From Nitrososphaerota archaeon (GTDB taxonomy: Archaea > Thermoproteota > Nitrososphaeria_A > Caldarchaeales > Caldarchaeaceae), in NCBI GenBank assembly GCA_041641305.1, contig JBEPYN010000003.1, positions 26,841 through 90,840 of the forward strand: a DNA stretch of 64,000 nt, written 5' to 3'. Shown here one piece after another: positions 45,018 through 54,476 of the stretch. The position numbers were made by a program, and so were the translations under genes. The notes beneath the pieces were generated by a model that saw only the letters and a list, made by a program, of their open reading frames with translations, was not told the DNA's origin and made no database searches. The stretch's first letter is position 1, and every line of letters starts with the position of its first letter.

Positions 45018-45075
45018 TACATTCTAACCATTATGGGAAACCTATAAATATGCGGTTAGGTGTGTGTGCGGCGTC

Positions 45076-46773
45076 ATGGCTGATAAATCTACTCGGCGAA
45101 ACTTTTTATCGACTGTTGGTGTTGGCGTTGTTTCGGCGGTTATTTTTGGTGTTGGTGGATATCTCCTCGGCAGCTCTGGTTCTCGGGTGATAGAGCGTAC
45201 TGTTACTCAGGCAGCACAGACCGCCACCGTAACTCGGACACAAACAGTTACTCAGACTCTGCCTACCACAGTGATAAGCACTATAACCGAGACGGCGGTC
45301 GCCAGGCCTACACGTCTCGTCATCGCATGGCCTTTTGAGATTGTAACCCTCAACCCCTACCGTTTCAGCAGAAACATTCCAGTCGAATCTCCGATGGCTG
45401 CTATCTATGATCGTTTTCTATCTCAGACCAGAGACCTTCTACAGGTGCCTGGTGTTGTAGAGAACTGGGAATGGGGTTCCGAGAAAACCTCGTTAGACCT
45501 CAGAATTAGGCAGGGAATAAAGTTCCATGATGGAACAGAGCTGACCGCCGAGGATGTCGCTTTCAGCCTTCAGACCATGAAGACACCTCCCAACGCCTAT
45601 GCAGGTGTTTGGGGTGTCGTCAGCGATATACAGGTTGTGAACCCGAGTCTGGTGAGACTGACTTTGAGCAGGTATGACCCATCGATTATAGCGTGGATGG
45701 GTTTCCTTGATGCTTTTGTCGTCCCGAAGCATGTTTGGGAGCGCGTGGGCCCAGACGAGTTTGGGAAAAACCCTGTTGGAAGCGGTCCCTACAAAGTCAA
45801 GTCATACAAGCCGGGTATACTGGAGCTTGAGAGGTTTGATGACTACTGGAGAGGTGCAGCACCCATTAGGGAGGTTGTTTTCAAGGAGGTTCTCGACCCG
45901 CGGTCGCGCGCAGTCGAGGTTGAGGCTGGCACGTCAGACTATACTCTCGAGGTGGACTTAAGCGATTTTCAGCGCCTATCAAATCTCGAGGGGCTGAGAG
46001 GAGTATCACAGCCGGTAACAGATGTAGCCATACTCATGATACCGACATACTATCCCGAAACAGGTGATGAAAACGTCCGCCTGGCCATGCATCATGCCAT
46101 CGACAAAGAGGCGATAGTAAAGAATATCCTCCAAGGACACGGTCGTGTAGTTCACACGACTGAGGCCCCTGGATACAGGGCGTATGACCCTGACTTCAGA
46201 TTCCCATATGACCCAGAAAAGGCTACCGAGCTTTTGGCGAGGTCAGGCTATTCCAAGTCAAACCCGGTGAGAATAACAGCTGCAACCTTCCGAGGCTCCT
46301 TCCCCCGCGATTATGAAGTAATGCAGGCCATCGTCGCGATGTGGGCTGAGGTCGGTATAGAGGCCGAACTCGAGGTGATAACAATAGCCCAGCATTTTGA
46401 GATGCGTAACACTGGCAAAATGAAGCACGCTCACTTCTACGTCTGGTCCAACGCCACAGGCGACCCCATAAACTCCGTCGGACACTCACAGTGGCCCAAT
46501 TCACCGTTTTCTACATGGCGTGGGCTGAAGGCAGCGAGTCTGACAGATTACTCCGGCTTGATGAATCAGGCGACAGAGGTGCTTAACCCTGTGTTCCTTG
46601 AGAAAGATGAGGAGAGGAGAATAGCTGCGGCTCGGCAGGCAGCGCGGTGGGTGGTTGAGAAAGGCTTGGTCATACCTTTGTACCAGCTGGCACAGCTCCA
46701 TATCATGAAGAAGGAAGTCAATTACGACCCCTGGCCCCAGGGATGGGTTCTCCCCTACTACATGAGCTACTAA
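45076..46773 (+). CDS. ABC transporter substrate-binding protein, family 5 (peptide/nickel type) with a Tat-like signal
   Basis: MADKSTRRNFLSTVGVGV has a twin-arginine motif. The ATG at 45076 lies 26 nt after the TATA box CCTATAAATA (45041-45050). Confidence 0.8.
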   Translation: MADKSTRRNFLSTVGVGVVSAVIFGVGGYLLGSSGSRVIERTVTQAAQTATVTRTQTVTQTLPTTVISTITETAVARPTRLVIAWPFEIVTLNPYRFSRNIPVESPMAAIYDRFLSQTRDLLQVPGVVENWEWGSEKTSLDLRIRQGIKFHDGTELTAEDVAFSLQTMKTPPNAYAGVWGVVSDIQVVNPSLVRLTLSRYDPSIIAWMGFLDAFVVPKHVWERVGPDEFGKNPVGSGPYKVKSYKPGILELERFDDYWRGAAPIREVVFKEVLDPRSRAVEVEAGTSDYTLEVDLSDFQRLSNLEGLRGVSQPVTDVAILMIPTYYPETGDENVRLAMHHAIDKEAIVKNILQGHGRVVHTTEAPGYRAYDPDFRFPYDPEKATELLARSGYSKSNPVRITAATFRGSFPRDYEVMQAIVAMWAEVGIEAELEVITIAQHFEMRNTGKMKHAHFYVWSNATGDPINSVGHSQWPNSPFSTWRGLKAASLTDYSGLMNQATEVLNPVFLEKDEERRIAAARQAARWVVEKGLVIPLYQLAQLHIMKKEVNYDPWPQGWVLPYYMSY

Positions 46774-47780
46774 TGGCGATAACATCCTACTACTTATTCA
46801 AACGAGTTCTACAGATGGCCGCGGCCCTACTTGGAACATCACTCATATCTTTTCTAATTTTCCGTGTCGTGCCAGGTGACCCTGTCTCCCTTATGGTCGG
46901 ACCAGGAGTAACAGAGGAATACATCGCACAGTTGAGAGCATATTTTCGATTGGACCAGCCGCTGATTATCCAGTATCTTTACTGGGTGGCGGACCTACTG
47001 TCCCTGAACTTGGGCACGTCGTTCAGGTATGGGTCGAGTGTGTCATCTCTAATATTTGAAAGGCTTCCCGCCACAGTTGAGCTTGTGCTGTTTACCTTGA
47101 TGCTGGCCGTGTTTTTCGGCGTAATCACAGGTGTATTGGCAGCGGTTAAGCAACGGGTCAACACAGTTGTACAAGCCCTCACAATATCTGGGTTGGCTAT
47201 TCCGCATTTTCTCTGGGCAATAATCCTCGTCATTCTATTCGCCGCTGTTCTGAAAATGTTTCCTGCATCAGGCCGGGTAGGAATAGGCGTCGAAATACAA
47301 ACAGTAACAGGATTCTATCTAATTGACGCTCTCATGACGGGAAACATCGAGGGATTTATCAACGCTCTACAACACATAACGCTGCCAGCGATTGCACTCG
47401 CAATCGGGATGACCGCCTTTATTCAAAGAACCCTAAGGTCAAGCATGCTTGAAGTATTGAGAGAGGATTATGTCTTAACTGATAGAATGAAGGGCCACAG
47501 CGAGATATACATCATCTTTGTCCGCAGCCTAAAGAACGCGTTGATGCCTGTCATCACTCTCACGGGTGTACAATTCACATTTCTATTAGGCGGGAGCGCT
47601 ATTGTAGAAAAAATATTCGGTTGGCCGGGAATGGGAAACCTGTTGTTTACGGCTGTCCAGTACAGAGACTATACGCTGGTACAGGGAATTTTGATGTTCT
47701 ACACGCTAATCACAATAACCGTCAACTTTTTGGTGGATGTTCTCTACACATACATCAATCCGAGGGTGGAGTTCAAATGA
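46773..47780 (+). CDS. ABC transporter permease (DppB/OppB-like)
   Basis: MAITSYYLFKRVLQM... is a typical BPD_transp_1 permease start. The ATG overlaps the upstream TAA by 1 nt. Confidence 0.8.
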   Translation: MAITSYYLFKRVLQMAAALLGTSLISFLIFRVVPGDPVSLMVGPGVTEEYIAQLRAYFRLDQPLIIQYLYWVADLLSLNLGTSFRYGSSVSSLIFERLPATVELVLFTLMLAVFFGVITGVLAAVKQRVNTVVQALTISGLAIPHFLWAIILVILFAAVLKMFPASGRVGIGVEIQTVTGFYLIDALMTGNIEGFINALQHITLPAIALAIGMTAFIQRTLRSSMLEVLREDYVLTDRMKGHSEIYIIFVRSLKNALMPVITLTGVQFTFLLGGSAIVEKIFGWPGMGNLLFTAVQYRDYTLVQGILMFYTLITITVNFLVDVLYTYINPRVEFK

Positions 47781-48631
47781 CGACGCAGGTTTCGGTGCTT
47801 TTGAAGTCCAAGAAAGCCGTCATCAGCATGGCCGTTATAGTGTTCTTTTTTACAGCTGGTTTATCCGCTCCATTTTTGCCCCTACCGGACCCAAACAAGC
47901 AGAACCTCAACACAATAGGTCTACCGCCTTTCTGGGTAGATGGCGGAGACATGACGCATCCACTGGGGACAGACAGCCTAGGGCGCGACATTCTAAGCAG
48001 ACTACTGCACGGGGCATCCGTGGCCCTATATGTCGCAGTAGCTGCGACAGCTTTGACAGCCGTTATAGGCGTAGTTTTGGGAATCACTGCTGGATATTTC
48101 AGAGGCAAGGTCGATGACCTGATAATGCGTATCGTCGATATCTGGATGTCGTTTCCCCCAATTATCTTGGCGATAGTTTTGATAAGCGTGCTTGGCGTAG
48201 ATTTAAACAACGTCGTTCTCGCCGTCGCTGTGGTTGATTGGACAAGGTTTACCAGAGTGTTGCGTTCAGAGGTATTGGCAATCCGTGAGAAAGACTTTGT
48301 CACCGCAGCCCAGACTATAGGATTTTCCCCAAATTATATCATGTGGCGAGAAATTTTCCCAAACATTTTGCCAACATTCATTATTATTGCCGCCCTAGAA
48401 ATGGGGATCGCGATATCGGTTGAGGTCCTGCTCAGCTTCGTGGGTCTCGGGGTTAAGCCCACGACTCCCTCATGGGGATCCATGCTTGCAGATGGGCTGA
48501 ACTACTTCCGCACAAACCCGTACGGAGTCATATTCCCCCTATCCGCGACCATAGCCGTAATCCTCAGCCTAAACATATTCGGTGAAGTCCTACGCGAAAA
48601 AATAGACCCACGACTCATGGTGATCAGATGA
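47777..48631 (+). CDS. ABC transporter permease (DppC/OppC-like)
   Basis: MTTQVSVLLKSKKAV... followed by LGTDSLGRDILSRLL. It overlaps the upstream gene by ATGA. Confidence 0.8.
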   Translation: MTTQVSVLLKSKKAVISMAVIVFFFTAGLSAPFLPLPDPNKQNLNTIGLPPFWVDGGDMTHPLGTDSLGRDILSRLLHGASVALYVAVAATALTAVIGVVLGITAGYFRGKVDDLIMRIVDIWMSFPPIILAIVLISVLGVDLNNVVLAVAVVDWTRFTRVLRSEVLAIREKDFVTAAQTIGFSPNYIMWREIFPNILPTFIIIAALEMGIAISVEVLLSFVGLGVKPTTPSWGSMLADGLNYFRTNPYGVIFPLSATIAVILSLNIFGEVLREKIDPRLMVIR

Positions 48632-49416
48632 CAAAGCTTCTCGAACTGCGGGACCTGAGCATAAAGATTATGGGAAAACCTGTGGTGAATAACGTGTCTT
48701 TTGACGTAGAGGCTGGGGAAGTGTTTGGGCTGGTCGGTGAATCGGGGGCTGGCAAATCTCTAACAGGCAAGGCGATAATCAGGCTTCTGCCTCCTGGAGC
48801 AGAGGCGAGCGGAAAAATTTTCTTCAAGGGAATTGATCTGTTATCATTAGATGAGAAAGCTATGCGGAAAATAAGAGGGAAAGAGATCACTCTAATACAG
48901 CAGGATCCTGTGACTTCTCTCAACCCCTCGTTCAAAATCAAGGACCAGATAACCGACATCATAGGGCTGCATCTTAGAGTCACGTCCAAAGATGCCGAGA
49001 AAAGAGCTGTGGAGCTTTTGAAAAAAGTTGGCATCACATCTCCTGAGAAGGTTTTGCACAAGTATCCCCATCAGATAAGCGGTGGAATGTGTCAACGAGT
49101 AATGATAGCGATAGCTTTTGCTTGTGAACCATCTCTCGTAATAGCCGACGAACCCACCACGGCCTTGGACGTCATTACCCAGGCTCTTGTCATAGACCTG
49201 ATGAAGCACATACAGCAGCAACATAACACGGCAATCATTTTCGTTACACATAATCTTGCACTTGCTTTGAACATCTGCGACAGGATAGCTGTGATGAACA
49301 AAGGGTCGATTGTTGAGGTTTTGGACGCTGACAGAGTTTTTGAAGACGCGAGACATGAATACACTTTGTCGCTGTTGTCTGCAATCCCCACAATAGAAAA
49401 ACCCTTTACAAGGTGA
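48628..49416 (+). CDS. ABC transporter ATP-binding protein (DppD-like)
   Basis: Walker A GESGAGKS, signature ISGGMCQR and Walker B LVIADEPT. Confidence 0.85.
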   Translation: MTKLLELRDLSIKIMGKPVVNNVSFDVEAGEVFGLVGESGAGKSLTGKAIIRLLPPGAEASGKIFFKGIDLLSLDEKAMRKIRGKEITLIQQDPVTSLNPSFKIKDQITDIIGLHLRVTSKDAEKRAVELLKKVGITSPEKVLHKYPHQISGGMCQRVMIAIAFACEPSLVIADEPTTALDVITQALVIDLMKHIQQQHNTAIIFVTHNLALALNICDRIAVMNKGSIVEVLDADRVFEDARHEYTLSLLSAIPTIEKPFTR

Positions 49417-50363
49417 GTAGGCTGCTTCAGGCTATCAGACTCAGCAAGGTTTTCTCAGAACCGGCTCGCAGCCTGCGGGACTTTTTCAACAAAGATAAGA
49501 GACGTTTTTACGCTTTGCGGGACGTGTCTGTGCAAATAGGCGAGGACGAGGTATTGGGTATAGTTGGGGAGAGCGGCTGCGGCAAAAGCACTCTTGCAAA
49601 AACAATTGCTAGAATATACACACCCGACGATGGAAAAATAATTTTCATGGGCAAAGACATCACACGCTTAAACAACAGAGAGCTTCTGGATATCCGCCGG
49701 AAGATGCAGATAATTTTCCAGAACCCATATTCTTCGCTAAACCCGCGTAGAAAGGTCAAGGACATAATAGGCGACCCGCTGAAGCTCCACGGATTATATG
49801 ATGAGTCAGCTGTTTCAGAGGCTTTACGGGCCGTCGGCCTAGATGAAACCTATGCTCAAAGGTATCCCCATCAGCTTAGCGGCGGAGAGAGACAAAGAGT
49901 AGCTATAGCAAGGGCTCTTGCTCTCCGCCCATCCCTCGTGATAGCGGATGAAATAACTTCTTCACTTGATGTTTCGACCCAGATGCGTATCCTAGAGCTT
50001 TTGAAAAAGATAAGGAGGGAGTATAGGCTTTCTATGATGTTTATTTCGCATGACTTGGCGGTCGTCAACTACATGAGTGACAGAGTTGCGGTTATGTATG
50101 CCGGTGAAATTGTAGAGGAGGGGACTTCACGCGAGATTATTGAAAAACCACTTCATCCGTATAGCCAAGCCCTCATCGAATCTGTTCCAGATCCGCGTAA
50201 GGGCTGGAGACCTCGTGTGAAAGAAATCGAAAGCGACCAAGAGTCGCAGGGTTGTAGGTTTGCGCCACGATGTCCTTATGCCTTCGAGAAATGCTATGTA
50301 GAGAGGCCTGCTTTAACCTTGTACAACGATTCTCGGAAGGTTGCGTGTTTTCTCCACCAATAG
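49413..50363 (+). CDS. ABC transporter ATP-binding protein (DppF-like, with a C-terminal oligopeptide-type extension)
   Basis: Walker A GESGCGKST, signature LSGGERQR and a C-terminal CRFAPRCPYAFEKC. Confidence 0.85.
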   Translation: MSRLLQAIRLSKVFSEPARSLRDFFNKDKRRFYALRDVSVQIGEDEVLGIVGESGCGKSTLAKTIARIYTPDDGKIIFMGKDITRLNNRELLDIRRKMQIIFQNPYSSLNPRRKVKDIIGDPLKLHGLYDESAVSEALRAVGLDETYAQRYPHQLSGGERQRVAIARALALRPSLVIADEITSSLDVSTQMRILELLKKIRREYRLSMMFISHDLAVVNYMSDRVAVMYAGEIVEEGTSREIIEKPLHPYSQALIESVPDPRKGWRPRVKEIESDQESQGCRFAPRCPYAFEKCYVERPALTLYNDSRKVACFLHQ

Positions 50364-50378
50364 CCGCTGAACGGTCTT

Positions 50379-51113
50379 CTACCGCGGCCTTTGCTGAAAG
50401 GATGGAATAAACTGTTTTCTGAGATATCCGCTTACGAAGTCTATTGCGACCACAGTCACAAGCGTCAAGATAAGGACTGTTGTTAGGCTGCTGTATTGGA
50501 GAGACTCGATGTAGCTAATCATGAGGAGCCCCACGCCTCCGGCTCCGACAAACCCCAGTACGGTGGATGACCTTATGTTGTATTCGAACATGAATAGTAG
50601 CTGGCTGATGATTGTGTTCATCGACTCGGGGATTACAGCGTGTCGAACGATGAGGAGGCGAGGGGCCCTTGTCACACGTATTGCGTCGAGGACCTCGGGG
50701 TCAACCGCTTCAAAGGCTTCGTAGTAGATTTTGGACAGGTAGCCGAAGGTGTAAACAGCGATGGCGAGAGTTCCTGCAAGTGGTCCAAGTCCAACCGCTA
50801 TAACGAAGATCACTGCCCAGAAAAGCACCGGTATCGTGCGCACGAAGCCGAAGAACGCTCTTGCGGCGGCGGTTATAGAATGTGGAAAAATGTTGCGCAT
50901 GGCCAGTGCCGAGAAGGGAAGTGCGAATACAAACCCCAGCACCGTCCCGACAAATGCTATTTGAATGGTCTCCGCCAATGCTGCCGCAGCCTCCGTGGCC
51001 ACATTTGGGTTGGGTGGAACCATTTCAGCTAAGAGGCTGCCGAGGTTAACAAGCCCCTTCGCAAGCCTGTTAATGTCCGTGAGCCCTAGGCGGGAGGCTG
51101 AATAGACAAACAC
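50379..51113 (-). CDS. phnE: Phosphonate-type ABC transporter permease
   Basis: 244 aa with a PhnE-like permease pattern, downstream of phnD and phnC. Confidence 0.65.
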   Translation of the reverse strand: MFVYSASRLGLTDINRLAKGLVNLGSLLAEMVPPNPNVATEAAAALAETIQIAFVGTVLGFVFALPFSALAMRNIFPHSITAAARAFFGFVRTIPVLFWAVIFVIAVGLGPLAGTLAIAVYTFGYLSKIYYEAFEAVDPEVLDAIRVTRAPRLLIVRHAVIPESMNTIISQLLFMFEYNIRSSTVLGFVGAGGVGLLMISYIESLQYSSLTTVLILTLVTVVAIDFVSGYLRKQFIPSFQQRPR

Positions 51114-51152
51114 CGCAACAGTGAGAAGTATTGTGATTTGTCTAGCGAAATT

Positions 51153-51869
51153 TCATTCTGCTGGTCCTCCGCCCAGTATCGCTGACAGCGTCTTGATGTT
51201 TATCTGGTTGCCTGGCATTTCCGTCTTTATTTTTCCATCTTTCAGGACTGCGACACGGTCTGCGAATTTGTTGACTAGGTATGTGTCATGCATGGTCATG
51301 ATGAGGCCTATGTTGTTTAGTTTGCATATTTTTGTGGTGAGCTCCATTACTTCGATAGCGTTGATGACGTCGAGGTCTGAGACAAATTCGTCGGCGAGGA
51401 GTATTGAAGGGTTCTGCATAAGGGCCCGTGCGACGGCTACTCTTTGCCTCTCTCCTCCGCTGAGTAGGCCTGCTTTTCTGTCAGCGACCTCCGCCAAGCC
51501 GAGGTCGTTCAAGAGGCTGTAGGCTTTCTCATACACCTCTTTCGGAAATCTGCCGAATAGGCCGGGAAAGGTTCCTATTTTCCCAAGTGAGCCGTGGACA
51601 ACGTTTTGCACTGCTGTGAGATTTTTGACCAAACCGATGTTTTGAGGAATGTAGCCTATTCCGCCTACGGCGCTGTTGATTTTCACGGTGCCTTGGTACG
51701 GGTATAGGAGGCCTGCGATGATTTTGAGTAGTGTTGTTTTTCCCGAGCCGGAGTAGCCCATTATGGCGATTGTTTCCCCCGCCGAGAGTTCAAGGTCCAC
51801 TCCGTCGAGTATCTTCCGGTGGCCGTCGTATGAGAAGCTTAGCTTCTTGATTGTCAGCACCGTGCCCAA
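51153..51869 (-). CDS. phnC: Phosphonate-type ABC transporter ATP-binding protein
   Basis: Walker A GYSGSGKTT, signature LSGGERQR and Walker B LLADEF. Confidence 0.7.
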   Translation of the reverse strand: MGTVLTIKKLSFSYDGHRKILDGVDLELSAGETIAIMGYSGSGKTTLLKIIAGLLYPYQGTVKINSAVGGIGYIPQNIGLVKNLTAVQNVVHGSLGKIGTFPGLFGRFPKEVYEKAYSLLNDLGLAEVADRKAGLLSGGERQRVAVARALMQNPSILLADEFVSDLDVINAIEVMELTTKICKLNNIGLIMTMHDTYLVNKFADRVAVLKDGKIKTEMPGNQINIKTLSAILGGGPAE

Positions 51870-51870
51870 T

Positions 51871-52827
51871 TTAGCCTACCTTCTCCGAGTATCTCAGGTT
51901 TGTGAGCTCAAGGTATCTTTGCAGCCCTTCGAGATGCTGCTCGGATGTCGTGGGCTCAAACCTGACGAAGAGGGCTGAGACAAACTGTTTCATTAGAGTA
52001 GGCTCTTTTTCACCGAGCTCGAGAAGAGCGTTGATCAGCTGTGAGCGTAGAGGCTCTTTCAACTCCTTGGAGAAGACGACGGCGTGGCTTGGTATGGGCC
52101 CTTGGGAGGCTATTACACGTGTGTTTGACATTACCTCTCTGTACAGGGTCTCGGGAATGTCTCCTGCTATGACGGCTGCGTCTACGTCGCCGTTTTTCAG
52201 CGCCGTCCATGATTGCGCGTATCCGCCTGTGAAGACTACTTGGAAGAAGGTTGAGGGGTCGGCTTCGGAGCCTTGCTTGACCTGTAGGTAACCGAGTTCA
52301 ACGAGCTTGGCGACAGGTGCGACATATCCCGATGTCGAGATAGGACTCGGCAAAGCTACTTTCTTGCCTCGGAGATCTTCTATCGACTGGATTGGTGAGT
52401 TGGGCAATACTACCCAGTAAGAATAGTATTGCGGTGCTTCGACAATTTTATCACCCTCGCCGACAGTTCTTATCTCTGCCAAAACAACTTCGGCGTCGGC
52501 CAACTTCCATGCAAGGTATGAGGGCCACGCGCTCATGAATGCTGCATGCGCGTGTCCTCGTCGAAGAGACTCCACAACCGCCGCGTAGGATGTTGGCACG
52601 TATATTTCAACGTCTATGTCGGGTAGTTTCTGCTCCAGAAACGCCTCGATTGGTTTGGCTCTTTGGACAACCTCTGCAGCGGACAACGTGGGCTGGACGG
52701 CTATCACCAGCTTCTGTTTATTCTGGGGCTGGAGAATCACAAGTCCGAATGCCGCGGAAAGAAGCAAGCCAATAATTATTCCGGCGGTGATTAGGGCGAT
52801 GCTTTTGATTGCTACTGTGTGCTTCAC
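51871..52827 (-). CDS. phnD: Phosphonate/phosphite-type ABC substrate-binding protein
   Basis: 318 aa with an N-terminal anchor and a PhnD-family pattern (...PISTSGYVAP...). It starts with GTG. Confidence 0.65.
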   Translation of the reverse strand: MKHTVAIKSIALITAGIIIGLLLSAAFGLVILQPQNKQKLVIAVQPTLSAAEVVQRAKPIEAFLEQKLPDIDVEIYVPTSYAAVVESLRRGHAHAAFMSAWPSYLAWKLADAEVVLAEIRTVGEGDKIVEAPQYYSYWVVLPNSPIQSIEDLRGKKVALPSPISTSGYVAPVAKLVELGYLQVKQGSEADPSTFFQVVFTGGYAQSWTALKNGDVDAAVIAGDIPETLYREVMSNTRVIASQGPIPSHAVVFSKELKEPLRSQLINALLELGEKEPTLMKQFVSALFVRFEPTTSEQHLEGLQRYLELTNLRYSEKVG

Positions 52828-52829
52828 GT

Positions 52830-52844
52830 TATAACAGCGTTATA
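52830..52844. promoter_or_regulatory. Inverted repeat TATAAC-AGC-GTTATA abutting the phnD start codon
   Basis: Perfect 6-bp arms with a 3-bp spacer sit between phnD (GTG at 52827) and the divergent HTH gene. A TATA-like TTTAAATC lies just upstream on the minus strand. Confidence 0.4.
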
Positions 52845-52933
52845 TCCCATGATTTAAACCATACACCGTGAAAGCATTCATTCACGTTGTTACACGCTAC
52901 ACATATAACGCCGTGAAATATAACAAAAACAAG

Positions 52934-53677
52934 TTGAAGATACCCAAAACCGAGGAGCTCATCCCGCTTCTCAGGGCGATGGTTGCGACAGAGCTTGTCA
53001 CAACATATGGTTTGAAGAAGGCGGAGGTTGCGCGTCTTCTCTCCATAACCCCGCAGGCTGTCACCCAGTATGTCAAGGGTGTGAGAGCAGGGGGCCGCCG
53101 AACCGCTCTCTCTCAACAACGCATCAGAGAAATGGTGAGGGAATATGCTGGAAAAATTGCTTTCAGGCAGAGGCCCGCCACCGAGACCGAGCTTCTCGAC
53201 CTCGCGTACGAAGCACTGATGATCCTAAGCAAGCCTTCTTCAAATGAGGAGACTATCCCAGAAGAAGCAAAGAGCCAAGCTCTACGTGTTCTCAGAAACC
53301 GTCTCGCCGCCGAGCAGGAGGCCGCCGAGCTTTTCCTCAACGAGGCGATAAAAGCGAAAGACGAGATGGTTAGCCTATTGTTTAGACAAATCGCGTCAGA
53401 CAGCATCAGACACGCCGACATAGTGCAGACAACCATATCAGCCATCGAGAAGAATTTCTCGGGAAGCATCTTGCCAGACCCCGAGCGTCTCCAAATGCTT
53501 CGGCAACATGAGGAGAAAAGCCATACACAAGGGTTCGATGCCGTGAAACAATTACTGAAAAACGATGTTCTCAAGATTTTGCTCGACTCAATAGATGCCG
53601 ACGAGGCTAAGCATGACATGATTATCGAGAAGCTCGCGGAACTCAGCGCGAGACAGCTGAAGCAGCCAGTCTCTTAG
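52934..53677 (+). CDS. HTH transcription regulator fused to a four-helix, ferritin-like (ExxH-containing) domain
   Basis: The HTH is GLKKAEVARLLSITPQAVTQYVKG. The C-terminal helices carry AEQEAAE, DSIRHAD, HEEKSH and DEAKHD. The TTG at 52934 lies 26 nt after CATATAA (52902-52908). The track ORF starts at GTG 52868, and ATG 52979 is also possible. Confidence 0.5.
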   Translation: MKIPKTEELIPLLRAMVATELVTTYGLKKAEVARLLSITPQAVTQYVKGVRAGGRRTALSQQRIREMVREYAGKIAFRQRPATETELLDLAYEALMILSKPSSNEETIPEEAKSQALRVLRNRLAAEQEAAELFLNEAIKAKDEMVSLLFRQIASDSIRHADIVQTTISAIEKNFSGSILPDPERLQMLRQHEEKSHTQGFDAVKQLLKNDVLKILLDSIDADEAKHDMIIEKLAELSARQLKQPVS

Positions 53678-54476
53678 CCACAAAAGCCGCGAAGAATATT
53701 GTTGTAGCCGTTAAAGCGATCGTTCCACCCGAGCTGGCTGCAAGATAGAATGATAGGTAGAGGCCGATTATTGCTGACGTTATGCCGACGGCGATGGATA
53801 TGATGAACATTTGGGGGAGATTTTTGGCAAGGAGCTGGGCTGTCGCCCCAGGCGTTATCAATAGCGCGACGACGAGGATTATGCCAACCGTTTGCAGCGA
53901 CGCGATTACGGCCAAAGATATCATAACCATAAGAGTGTGGTGGAGAATGTTGGAGGGTAATCCCACCACCGAGGCGAACACGGGGTCGAAGGTGTAGGCG
54001 ACGATTTCTTTAAGAAAGAGGCCGAAGAAAAGGAGAACAACGGCGGCGACAGCTGCGGTAAGCTGAAGCTCCTCTGTCGAGACTGCGAGGACGTTTCCAA
54101 ACAGGATGTGGAAAACATCAAGAGTTGGTCTAAGCTTGCTTATCGCGACGAGGCCGAGTGCGAACGCGCCTGTCAGAACTATGCCGATGGCTGTGTCGTT
54201 TCTCACACGTGTCTTCTGCTCTATGAAGCCAATGGCGAGCGAGGATACTACGCCTGCCAAGGCTCCGCCAAGCGTAAGTGGAATGTTGAAGACAGCAGCC
54301 GCGGCTAATCCAGGTAACACTGCATGTGATATGGCGTCTCCGAGAAGGGCCCAGCCTCTTAGGACAATTACGACGCTGAGTGTGGATGCTAGTATGCCTA
54401 CCGCGATTGATGTGATGAATGCTGACTGCATGAAGCGGTAGGTGAGCGGCTCGAGGAAAAGCTCGGTTAACGCCAT
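53643..54476 (-). CDS. Metal (Zn/Mn/Fe) ABC transporter permease, ABC-3 family
   Basis: 277 aa and polytopic, with the typical ZnuB/TroD-like start (...LEPLTYRFMQ...). Confidence 0.8.
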   Translation of the reverse strand: MALTELFLEPLTYRFMQSAFITSIAVGILASTLSVVIVLRGWALLGDAISHAVLPGLAAAAVFNIPLTLGGALAGVVSSLAIGFIEQKTRVRNDTAIGIVLTGAFALGLVAISKLRPTLDVFHILFGNVLAVSTEELQLTAAVAAVVLLFFGLFLKEIVAYTFDPVFASVVGLPSNILHHTLMVMISLAVIASLQTVGIILVVALLITPGATAQLLAKNLPQMFIISIAVGITSAIIGLYLSFYLAASSGGTIALTATTIFFAAFVAKRLAASAVSR

